A DNA stretch of 64,000 nucleotides from Chloroflexota bacterium. Lineage in GTDB: Bacteria > Chloroflexota > UBA11872 > VXOZ01. The position numbers were made by a program, and so were the translations under genes. Where the stretch lies: assembly GCA_963663275.1 (NCBI GenBank), contig OY760183.1:2752001-2816000 (forward strand), read 5' to 3'. Below the pieces are notes generated by a model that searched no databases, had not been told where the DNA came from, and was given only the letters and a program-made list of their open reading frames with translations. This document shows positions 30,007 through 39,546 of the stretch, piece by piece. Position 1 is the first letter of the stretch. Every line of letters begins with the position of its first letter.

Positions 30007-30419
30007 TCTCCTGGGGGAGAGGCAAACAATTCCCTCTCCTGGGGGAGAGGGTTAGGGTGAGGGGAGATTGTGGGGCAAGTCGTGCATAAACCTTGCGGAA
30101 TGGGGCCGAGCCGGCGAGGATTCCCCCTCACCCCGGCCCTCTCCCCAGGGAGAGGGAGTTGCAATGTGGGCCGACTGGAGTTACGCAAAGGTCTCCGTAG
30201 GGCACATTCCCGCGCCGTCGCTTGACAGCGGGAAGTTTGCGAGACCAACGGCGCCGGCCGCGCCTGCTGTATTGATACGCGCCGTTGGTATATAATTGAG
30301 AAAGACTATAGAATAGTAGTTTGGCGCCGTTGCGCCGCGCCGGTAGCGGCATCTCCTTGGCTGACGCCGGCGCTTGCGGGACCGCATGAGAACGTTGCAG
30401 GAAGTAAAGCAAACGAACC

Positions 30420-32162
30420 ATGACGAGAAACGATCTAGTCGTCCGTGTCGCCGGTGAGGCCGGCGAAGGCATTCTTTCCACCGGCATGCTGCTCACCCAA
30501 GCGGCGTTGCGGGGCGGCTTCCACGTGCTTACCTATTCCCAGCCGCCGTCGGAAATCAAGGGCGGGCACGCCTTCTACCAGATCAGGCTGAGCGCGGACC
30601 ACTCCTACAGCAAAGGCGATTCCGTCGATATTCTGCTCGCCTTCAACCAGGAAGCCTACGACCGCAACGCGGCCGAAACCAACGACGACGGCCTCTTGGT
30701 TTACGACCCGTCGGAAGTCACGCCGTCCGCCGACAGCCACTTCGTGCAGGTGGAGTTTCCGCTCAACGACATCGCCAAGAACAAGCTCAAGTTCCCCATC
30801 GCCAAGAACGTGGTGGCCGTGGGCGCGCTGGCGGAGCTTTTCGATCTGCCCACCAAGCACCTGGATACCCTCATCGAGGAACGCTGGCTGCGCAAGGGCG
30901 AGGCGGTGGTGCAGAAGAACCTGGACGCGCTGCGGGCCGGCATCGACTACGTTATCGAGCACGTCCCCGACCGCGAGCGCTTTGCCCTCTATCCGGACAA
31001 GCCCCATTCCGGCGAAATCATGGTGAGCGGCAGTGAGGCGATCGGGCTCGGCGCGATTGCCGCCGGGTGCAGTTTCATGGCCGGCTATCCGATTACGCCC
31101 GCCAGCGACATCAAAGAGTTCCTGGAAGTTCACCTGCCGAAAACCGGCGGCCACGCCCTGCAAGCGGAGGACGAACTCGCCGCCATCGGCATGGTGCTGG
31201 GCGCGTCCTACGCCGGCGCAAAGGCGATGACGGCCACCTCCGGCCCCGGCTTCAGCCTGATGATCGAGATGCTCGGCCTGGCGGCCATGGCGGAACTTCC
31301 CTGCGTCATCGTGGACGCCCAGCGCGCCGGGCCATCCACCGGCATGCCCACCCGGCACGAGCAGGGCGACCTCTACCAGGCCGCGTTTGCCGGTCACGGC
31401 GAGTGTCCGCGCATCGTGCTGGCCCCTACCTCAGTCGGCGACGCCTTCTACCAGACCGTCAACGCTTTCAACCTGGCGGAAAAGTACCAGACTCCCGTCA
31501 TCCTGCTGGGCGATACGCTGCTCAACGTCCGCTCCGAGAGCATTCCCCGGCCAAACCTGGACGAAGTCCAGGTGGAAGACCGCGTCCTGTTTTCTGAGAA
31601 CGGCAACGGCCGCATGAACGGCGAGTACAACCGCTACGTGCTCACCGAGGACGGCGTCTCTCCCATGTCCATACCCGGCCAGGCCGGCGGGCAGTACATT
31701 GCCACCGGACTCGAGCACAACGAAGAGGGCCTGCACCGGTATGACGAAGCGACCCACACTATCATGACCCAGAAGCGCTTCCGCAAGCTGGAACGCGCCG
31801 CCCTGGAAGCGCCGGCGCCGGACCGTTTCGGCGATCCTACGGCTGAGGTCGGCATTCTCACGTGGGGTTCCACCGTAGGCTCGGTCATAGAAGCGATCCG
31901 GCGCGCGGAGGCGGAGGGCCTGAGGCTCGACATGCTCGCGCCCAAGATGCTGATGCCGCTGCCGGACGCGCAACTGCGCCCCTTCATCGAGAGCAAACGC
32001 CTCATACTCCTGCCCGAAGTCAACTACACCGGCCAGTTTGCCAACATGGTCGCCAGCCAGTACCCGCGTGAATTCGTGCGCATCAACATCTTCGGCGGCA
32101 TGCCGTTCCGCGTTGACTGGCTCCTGGAGAAGATAAGAGAGGAAGTGGCATTGCATGTCTAG
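30420..32162 (+). CDS. korA: 2-oxoacid:ferredoxin oxidoreductase alpha subunit
   Basis: GYPITP, EDELAA, ATSGPG and QRAGPSTGMPT motifs. Confidence 0.93.
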   Translation: MTRNDLVVRVAGEAGEGILSTGMLLTQAALRGGFHVLTYSQPPSEIKGGHAFYQIRLSADHSYSKGDSVDILLAFNQEAYDRNAAETNDDGLLVYDPSEVTPSADSHFVQVEFPLNDIAKNKLKFPIAKNVVAVGALAELFDLPTKHLDTLIEERWLRKGEAVVQKNLDALRAGIDYVIEHVPDRERFALYPDKPHSGEIMVSGSEAIGLGAIAAGCSFMAGYPITPASDIKEFLEVHLPKTGGHALQAEDELAAIGMVLGASYAGAKAMTATSGPGFSLMIEMLGLAAMAELPCVIVDAQRAGPSTGMPTRHEQGDLYQAAFAGHGECPRIVLAPTSVGDAFYQTVNAFNLAEKYQTPVILLGDTLLNVRSESIPRPNLDEVQVEDRVLFSENGNGRMNGEYNRYVLTEDGVSPMSIPGQAGGQYIATGLEHNEEGLHRYDEATHTIMTQKRFRKLERAALEAPAPDRFGDPTAEVGILTWGSTVGSVIEAIRRAEAEGLRLDMLAPKMLMPLPDAQLRPFIESKRLILLPEVNYTGQFANMVASQYPREFVRINIFGGMPFRVDWLLEKIREEVALHV

Positions 32163-33021
32163 CGTGATAACCGCGGAGAAGCGAAAAGTTGCCGACTATA
32201 AGGGCGAAGAGCGCCCGACCTGGTGCCCTGGCTGCGGCGACTTCGGCGTGCTGAACGCCGTCTTCAAGGCGCTGAGCGAACACAATTTCGACCCTAAGGA
32301 CGTAATCGTCGTCTCCGGCATCGGCTGCTCCAGCCGCTTGCCCTTCTTCACCGGCGCGTACGGCTTTCACACCGTGCACGGGCGCGCCATGCCCGTGGCC
32401 GCCGGCATTCGCGCGGTGCAGCCGGACATGCCCGTCTTGGCCATGGGCGGCGACGGCGACGCCTTTGCCATCGGCGTCGGTCACCTCGTCCACGCTATCC
32501 GTCGCAACCTGAACATTTGCTACGTGGTGATGGATAACGCGGTCTACGGCCTCACGAAAGGCCAGACTTCGCCCACCGCCGAGCGCGGCCTGGCGACCAA
32601 GGCCACGCCCCAGGGCGCCAGCGACCCGGCGGTGAATCCGCTGCTGCTCTCCCTGGCTACCGGCTGCACGTTCGTGGCGCGCGGCTTTTCCAGCAAGCCC
32701 AAGGAACTGGCCGACCTCATCGCGCAGGGCATCGCGCACCCGGGCTTCGCTTTCATCGACACCTACAGCCCGTGCCCGACATTCAACACGGTCAACACGT
32801 TTAAGTACTACCGGGACGCCACGGAGGACTTGCCTGAGGATTTCGATCCCACCGACTTCAACGCCGCGCTGCAGTACGCCGCCAGCGAAGACCCGCTCTA
32901 CCTGGGACTGTACTACCAGTCCGAGCAACCCACCTTTGAAGACCACATCAGAAACAATAAGCCGGACGTTACGCAGAACACCATGGCGGTGGTGGAGAAT
33001 ATCTTCGATCAGATGAGCTAG
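32155..33021 (+). CDS. korB: 2-oxoacid:ferredoxin oxidoreductase beta subunit
   Basis: WCPGCG, SGIGCS, GGDGD and YGLTKGQ motifs. Confidence 0.93.
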   Translation: MSSVITAEKRKVADYKGEERPTWCPGCGDFGVLNAVFKALSEHNFDPKDVIVVSGIGCSSRLPFFTGAYGFHTVHGRAMPVAAGIRAVQPDMPVLAMGGDGDAFAIGVGHLVHAIRRNLNICYVVMDNAVYGLTKGQTSPTAERGLATKATPQGASDPAVNPLLLSLATGCTFVARGFSSKPKELADLIAQGIAHPGFAFIDTYSPCPTFNTVNTFKYYRDATEDLPEDFDPTDFNAALQYAASEDPLYLGLYYQSEQPTFEDHIRNNKPDVTQNTMAVVENIFDQMS

Positions 33022-33305
33022 CGCCAGGCGCGCGCCGCCGCTCACGCGAGAGGTTTCGCAAGCGGACTCCATGAGCGTGGAGTTCGCTTTTGTGCGCCCG
33101 CGCAGGCGCGCCGCGGATTGGCTTAACATCCATGTTGCTTGGACGGTATACTAGTGGCGGAGGGCTGCTGACCCGCTCGGCGCGCACTGGAGGCGGAGTC
33201 ACGATTGGCGCAGAAGCCCGCCAACATATTCTGTAGTGAGTCTCGAACCGACTTTCCGGTACAACGCGCCGGAAACAAGAACTGTACGCAGCGGAAAGCG
33301 CATTC

Positions 33306-34982
33306 ATGCTCGAGCATGACATTCTCGTAGTAGGCGCCGGCCTGGCCGGAATGCAGGCCGCCTTGCACGCGGGGCGGCAGGGCGCCAGCGTCGCCATCCT
33401 CACCAAGGTGCATCCCGTGCGCAGCCACTCCAACGCCGCGCAGGGCGGCATCAACGCCGCCATGGAAGATGACGACCCCTGGGAAGACCACGCCTACGAT
33501 ACGGTCAAGGGCAGCGACTTCCTGGGCGATCAGGACGCCATCGAGGTGCTGTGCAGCGAAGCGCCGGAGACTATCATCGACCTCGAGCACATGGGCCTTA
33601 TCTTCAACCGGGACGCCGGCGGGCGCATCGACCTGCGCGCCTTTGGCGGCCAGGCCCGCAAGCGCACCTGCTACGTGGCCGACATTACCGGCCAGGTGAT
33701 GCTCCACGTCATCTACGAGCAACTGATGAAGGCCGGCACGACGGTCTATGAAGAGTGGTTCGTCACCTCCCTCGTCCATCAGAACGACGCGGTGTGCGGC
33801 GTGGTCGCCATGGACCTGCGCACCGGCGAACTGCGCCTCATCAAGGCAAAGGCCGTCATTCTCTGCACCGGCGGCTCGGGGCGCGTCTACGAACCGAGCA
33901 GCAACGCCCTCATCTGCACCGGCGACGGCTACGCCCAGGCCTATCGGGTCGGCGCGCCGCTCATGGACATGGAGATGGTGCAGTACCACCCGACAACCTT
34001 GCCCGGCAACGGCGCGCTGATGACCGAGGGCGCGCGCGGCGAGGGCGCGTACCTCATCAACGCCGACGGCGAACGCTTCATGGAGCGTTACGCGCCGAAC
34101 ATGATGGAACTGGCGTCCCGCGACGTGGTCTCCCGCGCCGAGCAGACCGAAATCAACGAGGGAAGGGACATCGACGGCTGCGTGCTCCTCGACGTGCGCC
34201 ACCTGGGCCGCGACACGATTCTGCAGAAGCTCAGCCAGATTCGCGAACTCGGCCTGGAGTACGAAGGTGTGGACATCATCGAAGAACCCTGTCCCGTGCG
34301 GCCCGGCATGCACTACATGATGGGCGGCATCAAGACGGACATCCAGGGGGCCACGTACGTCAAGGGCCTCTATGCCGCCGGTGAAGCGGCCTGCGTCTCG
34401 GTGCACGGCGGCAACCGCCTGGGGGCAAATTCGCTGCTGGATACCCTGGTCTTTGGCAAGCGCGCCGGCGCGTCCGCGGTGGCGTACGCCCAGAGCATTG
34501 CGGAACCGGAAATTCCGGACGCGCGTCTGCAAGAGGACCAGGAGCACATTAACGGCATTCTGGCCCGCGACGGCGATACCGGCGAACGCGGGGCGGCGCT
34601 GCGTCTGGCCATGGGGCAGGCAATGCACCGGCACGTCGGCGTCTTTCGCGACCAGAGCGGCCTGGAGGAAGCGCAAGCCATCGTGGCGACCCTCAAAGAG
34701 CGGTACCGGCACGTCGGCGTGGACGATAAGGGCAAGGTGTTCAACACCGACTTGCTCTTCGCCCTGGAAGTCGGGCTGATGCTCGACGTGGCCGAGGCGA
34801 TCGTGGCCAGCGCGCTCTTCCGCGCCGAGAGCCGGGGCGCGCACTTCCGCACCGACTTCCCCGACCGGAACGACGAGGACTGGCTCAAGCACACGCTGGT
34901 ATTCCACACCGGCAAAGCCCCGCGCCTGGAAACCCTCCCGGTCACCATTACCCAGTGGCAACCCACCAAGAGGACGTATTAG
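33306..34982 (+). CDS. sdhA: Succinate dehydrogenase/fumarate reductase flavoprotein
   Basis: GAGLAG, RSHSNAAQGG (covalent FAD His), QYHPT and HGGNRLGANSL. Confidence 0.95.
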   Translation: MLEHDILVVGAGLAGMQAALHAGRQGASVAILTKVHPVRSHSNAAQGGINAAMEDDDPWEDHAYDTVKGSDFLGDQDAIEVLCSEAPETIIDLEHMGLIFNRDAGGRIDLRAFGGQARKRTCYVADITGQVMLHVIYEQLMKAGTTVYEEWFVTSLVHQNDAVCGVVAMDLRTGELRLIKAKAVILCTGGSGRVYEPSSNALICTGDGYAQAYRVGAPLMDMEMVQYHPTTLPGNGALMTEGARGEGAYLINADGERFMERYAPNMMELASRDVVSRAEQTEINEGRDIDGCVLLDVRHLGRDTILQKLSQIRELGLEYEGVDIIEEPCPVRPGMHYMMGGIKTDIQGATYVKGLYAAGEAACVSVHGGNRLGANSLLDTLVFGKRAGASAVAYAQSIAEPEIPDARLQEDQEHINGILARDGDTGERGAALRLAMGQAMHRHVGVFRDQSGLEEAQAIVATLKERYRHVGVDDKGKVFNTDLLFALEVGLMLDVAEAIVASALFRAESRGAHFRTDFPDRNDEDWLKHTLVFHTGKAPRLETLPVTITQWQPTKRTY

Positions 34983-35134
34983 TATCTTTACTGGATGAGC
35001 CGTACCAATCTCCCTGCCGCACGACACGCACCGATATGTCTGCGGGATAAGTTCTAACACTATCATTGCCGGGTAGGTTGTTACACTATCTTTGCCGGAA
35101 AAGTCTTGCCAATGTCTTTGCAGGGCAAATTGAA
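34979..35134 (+). repeat. Degenerate tandem array of six 26-bp units
   Basis: Units start at 34979, 35005, 35031, 35057, 35083 and 35109; core ~TATCTTTGCCGG. Confidence 0.65.
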
Positions 35135-35234
35135 CGAATAGACGCTCCGCTCTTGTCCCCTCTCCCTGAGGGAGAGGGTTAGGGTGAGGGTGAGTAGAAG
35201 ATCAGAGCAGAGCCAAGAGCCGAGAGAGTAACCG

Positions 35235-36194
35235 ATGCAGTTCACACTCAACGTACGCCGCTACGACCCCGAGGCGGAAAATCCCGCGCCGTACTGGCGC
35301 GAATACACGGTGGACGTGCCCGAAAACGCCTCCGTGCTGGACTGCCTCATCCATATCCGCGAGTACGTAGACGGCACCCTGGCGGTGCGCTGCTCCTGCC
35401 GTTCCGCCATCTGCGGCTCGTGCATGATGCGCGTCAACGGCCAGGCGCGTTTGGCCTGCGCCACCAAGGCCAAGGACATGCAAGAGCCGGATTCGGCGAT
35501 CACCGTTGAACCGGGCGGCAACATGCCGGTGCTCAAAGACCTCATCGTGGACATGGACGTCTTCTGGAACAAGATCCGCCAGGTAAAGCCCTGGCTGGAG
35601 CCGGTGCAGCCCGTGCCCGAGCGCGAATACCTGGTGCCGAATGAGACCATCCTCGACCTCACCGTGGCCATGAACTGCGTCATGTGCGGCGCGTGCGTTT
35701 CCGATTGCACCTCGCTGGAAGTAGACAAGAACTTCATCGGCCCGGCGGCGCTGGCCAAGGCGTACCGTTTCGTGGACGACCCCCGTGACGACGACCGCCA
35801 GGAGCGGCTGGAGGAACTCAGCGAGTACGGCGGCGTCTACGACTGCACCCACTGCTTCTTCTGCGTGGAGGTCTGTCCGAAAGACGTAGCGCCGCTGGAC
35901 CGCATCGTAGAAATCCGCGAGCGCGCCCAGAATGCGGGAGTAACGAAGAACGCCGGCACCCGCCACGCCGTCGCCTTCGAAGACATCATCCGCGATAGCG
36001 GCATACTGGACGAGCCGATGCTGTTGTTGAAGTCCATCGGCATGAATCCGGTCGAGCAAATGAAGAACGTGCCCGGCGGCGTGCGCCTCCTGCGGGCGGG
36101 CAAACTGCCTTTGGCTTCCGGCCCGTTCCACCACAAGATACCGGGCCACGGCAACGTAAAGCGCGTCTTTGAAAAAGTGGAGTCCTCATCGTGA
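35235..36194 (+). CDS. sdhB: Succinate dehydrogenase iron-sulfur subunit
   Basis: SCRSAICGSC, CVMCGACVSDC and CTHCFFCVEVCP. Confidence 0.93.
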   Translation: MQFTLNVRRYDPEAENPAPYWREYTVDVPENASVLDCLIHIREYVDGTLAVRCSCRSAICGSCMMRVNGQARLACATKAKDMQEPDSAITVEPGGNMPVLKDLIVDMDVFWNKIRQVKPWLEPVQPVPEREYLVPNETILDLTVAMNCVMCGACVSDCTSLEVDKNFIGPAALAKAYRFVDDPRDDDRQERLEELSEYGGVYDCTHCFFCVEVCPKDVAPLDRIVEIRERAQNAGVTKNAGTRHAVAFEDIIRDSGILDEPMLLLKSIGMNPVEQMKNVPGGVRLLRAGKLPLASGPFHHKIPGHGNVKRVFEKVESSS

Positions 36195-37081
36195 AGTACG
36201 CCTTCTTTCCCGGTTGCGTCTCGCGCGGGGCGTGTCCCGAACTGATGCAGTCCCTCACCGCCGTGGCGGAACACGTCGGCATGGAACTGGAACTCATGGA
36301 GACCGCCTCCTGCACCGGCGCCGGCGTCATCAGCGAGCGCAACCAAAAACTGGCCGACGCGCTGAACGCCCGCAACTTCGCGCTGGCGGAACAGACCGGC
36401 CTGCCGCTGATGAACATCTGCAGCACCTGCCAGGGCGTGATGAGCGGGGTCAACGAGCGGCTGAAAGCGCGCCCGGAGTACCTGGCGGAGATCAACGAAA
36501 TCCTGGCGGAAGAAGGCTTGTCGTATTCCGGCACCGCCGAACCGCGCAACTTCATGTGGGTGCTGGTGGAGGATTTCGGCCTGGATAACCTGCGGTCGCT
36601 GGTCAAACGCCCGCTGTCCGAACTCAACGTCGCGCCCTTCTACGGCTGCTACATTTCGCGGCCCACCGACGTGCTGGGCTACCACGACTTTCCCCAGCGC
36701 GGTGTCTACCTGGAAATGATAATCGAGGCGTGCGGCGCGACGCCGGTGGACTACTCCGGCAAGAAGAAGTGCTGCGGGTTCCCCATCATCACCATGAACC
36801 GCACGAATTCGCTCACCATGGCCGGCAACCACGTCGGGGAAGCCGCGGAGAAGGGCGCCGACTTCATGGTTACGCCCTGCCCGCTCTGCCACCTGAACCT
36901 GGACGCGCAGCAGCCGGACGCCGCCAGAGTCGTTCAGACACCGCTCAACCTGCCGATTCTCCATCTCTCGCAACTCATCGGCATGGCGCTGGGCATCGAC
37001 GACGCGGCCCTGGGCCTCAACCGCCACGTGGTCTCCACCAACCCGGTGCGCGAGCGCGTCCACGCGCTGCCGCTGGCATAG
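36191..37081 (+). CDS. HdrB-like CCG-domain subunit (type E SDH anchor)
   Basis: FFPGC, SCTGAG, CSTC, FYGC, CCG and CPLC motifs; overlaps the sdhB stop. Confidence 0.87.
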   Translation: MKYAFFPGCVSRGACPELMQSLTAVAEHVGMELELMETASCTGAGVISERNQKLADALNARNFALAEQTGLPLMNICSTCQGVMSGVNERLKARPEYLAEINEILAEEGLSYSGTAEPRNFMWVLVEDFGLDNLRSLVKRPLSELNVAPFYGCYISRPTDVLGYHDFPQRGVYLEMIIEACGATPVDYSGKKKCCGFPIITMNRTNSLTMAGNHVGEAAEKGADFMVTPCPLCHLNLDAQQPDAARVVQTPLNLPILHLSQLIGMALGIDDAALGLNRHVVSTNPVRERVHALPLA

Positions 37082-37102
37082 TCTCCATGAGAGTAGTGGG
37101 GG

Positions 37103-37241
37103 GTGCGCCCGGCGTGCGAATCTCAATGCCATTTGAGGCGTCAGTTCGATTACTGTCGAGGCTAGCCTCTCTTTGAGAGCATAGCGGACTCTACGAACAT
37201 CTGACGAAAACGATACGACTTGAGGTACAGCGAGGGCGTTC
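37103..37241 (+). ncRNA. Candidate 6S-like rod-shaped RNA
   Basis: Nested pairings GCGCCC/GGGCGT, CTCAA/TTGAG, central bubble, CGTCAG/CTGACG, TTCG/CGAA, GCTA/TAGC, CTCTC/GAGAG. Confidence 0.45.
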
Positions 37242-37242
37242 A

Positions 37243-37539
37243 TTGAAAATTCAGCGGCCGCACCACATGACCAAGAGCGAGGCGCGCGCTTGGGTCGATG
37301 AGAAACTTGCCGAGATGCTTGGGCAATTTGGAGACCGTGTATCGGACGTCTCCTATGAGTGGACGGGTGATCGCCTCATGTTTCAATTCCGAGCCGCCGG
37401 GATGGTCAGGTTCAAGGGTACGCTTGACGTCACGGACTCTGATCTGCGGCTTGATCTGCCATTCCCCCTGCTGGCGCGAGGCTACCAGGGCAAAGCCGAA
37501 GCGGAGATTACCGCATGGCTGGACGATAACCTCCCTTGA
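37243..37539 (+). CDS. Polyhydroxyalkanoate-system-like small protein
   Basis: I.RPH.M...EAR..V..W.GD.L.F pattern; TTG start is uncertain. Confidence 0.6.
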   Translation: MKIQRPHHMTKSEARAWVDEKLAEMLGQFGDRVSDVSYEWTGDRLMFQFRAAGMVRFKGTLDVTDSDLRLDLPFPLLARGYQGKAEAEITAWLDDNLP

Positions 37540-37615
37540 AGAGCCCTCAGCCGGCACAGCGCCGCTGAAACGGCGCACGCGGCACAAGTATGTGAGTTCC
37601 AAGGAGTTTCAATTC

Positions 37616-38542
37616 ATGCGTAAGAAAGTGACCATCGTCGGCGCGGGCCAGGTCGGCGGCTCCTGCGCGCGGCGGCTCGCCGAGCGGGACTACGCGGACA
37701 TCGCGCTGATTGACATCGTCGAGGGTCTGCCCCAGGGCAAGGCGCTCGACATCCAGCAAGCCGCGCCGATCGTCAACTACGACTCCCAGATCATCGGCAC
37801 CAACGACTACGCTGACACGGCGGGTTCCGATCTCGTCGTCATCACCAGCGGCAGCCCCCGCAAACCCGGCATGAGCCGCGACGACCTGCTGGCGGTCAAC
37901 CGGAAAGTAATTACCGCCGTCACCGGCGAAATCGCCAAGCACTCGCCGGACTGTACCATCATCGTCGTCACCAATCCAGTGGACGCCATGACGCACCTCG
38001 CGTGGCAAGTGAGCGGCTTTCCCACCAACCGCGTCGTGGGACAGGGCGGCGTGCTCGATTCGGCGCGCTACCGGACGTTTCTCGCGCAAGAACTCGGCGT
38101 TTCCATGCGCGACATCACCGGATACGTGCTCGGCGGCCATGGCGACCAAATGGTGCCCCTGCCGCGTTACACCAGCGTCTCCGGCAAACCGATCACCGAC
38201 TTCATCGCGCCCACGCGCTTGGAAGAGATCATCCAGCGCACCCGCGACGGCGGCGCGGAGATCGTCAACCTGCTCAAGCTCGGCAGCGCCTACGAGGCCC
38301 CCGGCGCGGCGCTCGTGGAGATGATCGACGCCATCCTCCTCGACCAGAAGCGGGTCTTGCCCTGCGCCGCCTATTTGGAGGGCGAATACGGCATCAGCGG
38401 CGTCTACGTCGGTGTGCTGGTGCAGCTTGGCGCGGGCGGCGTGGAGCGCATCGTCGAACTCGACCTTACCGCCGAGGAGAGCGCCATGCTCGAACAGTCG
38501 GCGGACGCCGTGCGCGAGTTGGTGGACGTGATGGGCATTTAA
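37616..38542 (+). CDS. mdh: Malate dehydrogenase (LDH-like)
   Basis: VGAGQVG, PRKPGMSRDDL, VTNP, LDSAR and GGHG; AAGGAG RBS before ATG 37616. Confidence 0.95.
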   Translation: MRKKVTIVGAGQVGGSCARRLAERDYADIALIDIVEGLPQGKALDIQQAAPIVNYDSQIIGTNDYADTAGSDLVVITSGSPRKPGMSRDDLLAVNRKVITAVTGEIAKHSPDCTIIVVTNPVDAMTHLAWQVSGFPTNRVVGQGGVLDSARYRTFLAQELGVSMRDITGYVLGGHGDQMVPLPRYTSVSGKPITDFIAPTRLEEIIQRTRDGGAEIVNLLKLGSAYEAPGAALVEMIDAILLDQKRVLPCAAYLEGEYGISGVYVGVLVQLGAGGVERIVELDLTAEESAMLEQSADAVRELVDVMGI

Positions 38543-38625
38543 GCGAGCGCGGCGTAGCCAAACCGGCTCTCTGCGCAGAGAGCCGGCATCCGCCGCGCAA
38601 TGACGAAAGCCAAGGAGGCACGACC

Positions 38626-39495
38626 GTGAAAGTGGCGATAGAACAACCGCAAGTAGGGCAGACGGCGCCGGTATTCAGCTTGCCGGACGTCTACGGCGCG
38701 CGCCGCTCGTGGAGCGAGTTTCGGGGCAAGCGCGTCCTGTTGTACATGTGGGCCTCGTGGTGACGCTGCCGCGACCAGTTGCCAGGTTGGCAACAATTCG
38801 CGGAGAAGCACGCCGGCGACGACTTCCAGATGCTTTCCGTCGCCATGGACGGCGGCGGCGCGGAGAAGCCCCGCGCGTTCGTCGAAGAGTTCGGCGTCAC
38901 GTTCCCTACCTTCGTGGACGCCAGCGGCCTTTTGTTCCGTCTCTACGGCTTCTCGGCGGTGCCGAACGGCGTCTACGTGGACGAGGCGGGCGTGATCCGC
39001 TTTCAACTCTTTACCGGATTCAGCGTAGACCGCCAGGACATCGTAGAGCAGCTTGAGACGCTGCTCGCCACGCCCGTTGGCGACACACCGGCCGCGCCTA
39101 CGGTGGCGCAACAGCCGTTCGCAGTCGAGGTCATGCTGGAACAAGCGGCGGCGCACGGTGATGATCCACACGTCCAGCTTGGCCTGGCGGAGGCCTGCCT
39201 GCAAGAGGGCCAGAACGAGCGCGCGGCGGAGGCGTTCGAGCGGACGTTGGCGCTGGACGGCGAATCCGCCAATGCCGCCTTCGGCCTCGGCGCCGCGCTG
39301 CACGGCCTGGGAGAGACGACCGCGGCGCTCGCGGCCTGGCGGCGCGCCCTGCGGCTGGAGCCGGATAACTTCATCATCCGCAAGCAGATCTGGCGCATCG
39401 AGCACCCGGAAAGATTCTATCCCACCATCGACTACGAGTGGCAACAGGTAATGCTGGCGCAGGAAAGAGCCGCCGAGGCGGTGACGGCCGGCTAG
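38626..39495 (+). CDS. Selenocysteine-containing ResA/TlpA-like thioredoxin-fold protein with C-terminal TPR-like region (289 aa, Sec46)
   Basis: AAGGAGG plus GTG 38626; in-frame TGA 38761 in WASW-U-RCRDQLP; frame continues to 39495; SECIS-like hairpin follows. Confidence 0.85.
38761..38803 (+). promoter_or_regulatory. Bacterial SECIS-like element
   Basis: TGA, lower stem CCGCGA/TCGCGG, upper stem GTTGCCA/TGGCAAC with GGT loop. Confidence 0.8.
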
Positions 39496-39546
39496 AAGCG
39501 GCGCGCTACCGGGAAATTCACCCTCACCCTGGCCCTCTCCCTCGAG

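Noticed and set aside
34979-35134. Possible mini-CRISPR or coding repeat
   Set aside because: No invariant repeat with unique spacers; the 26-nt period is not codon-phased
38709-39495. ORFs 38779-39495 and 38709-39056 as independent genes, or a nonsense pseudogene
   Set aside because: The TGA sits at the catalytic Cys position with a SECIS-like hairpin; Sec read-through explains the locus better
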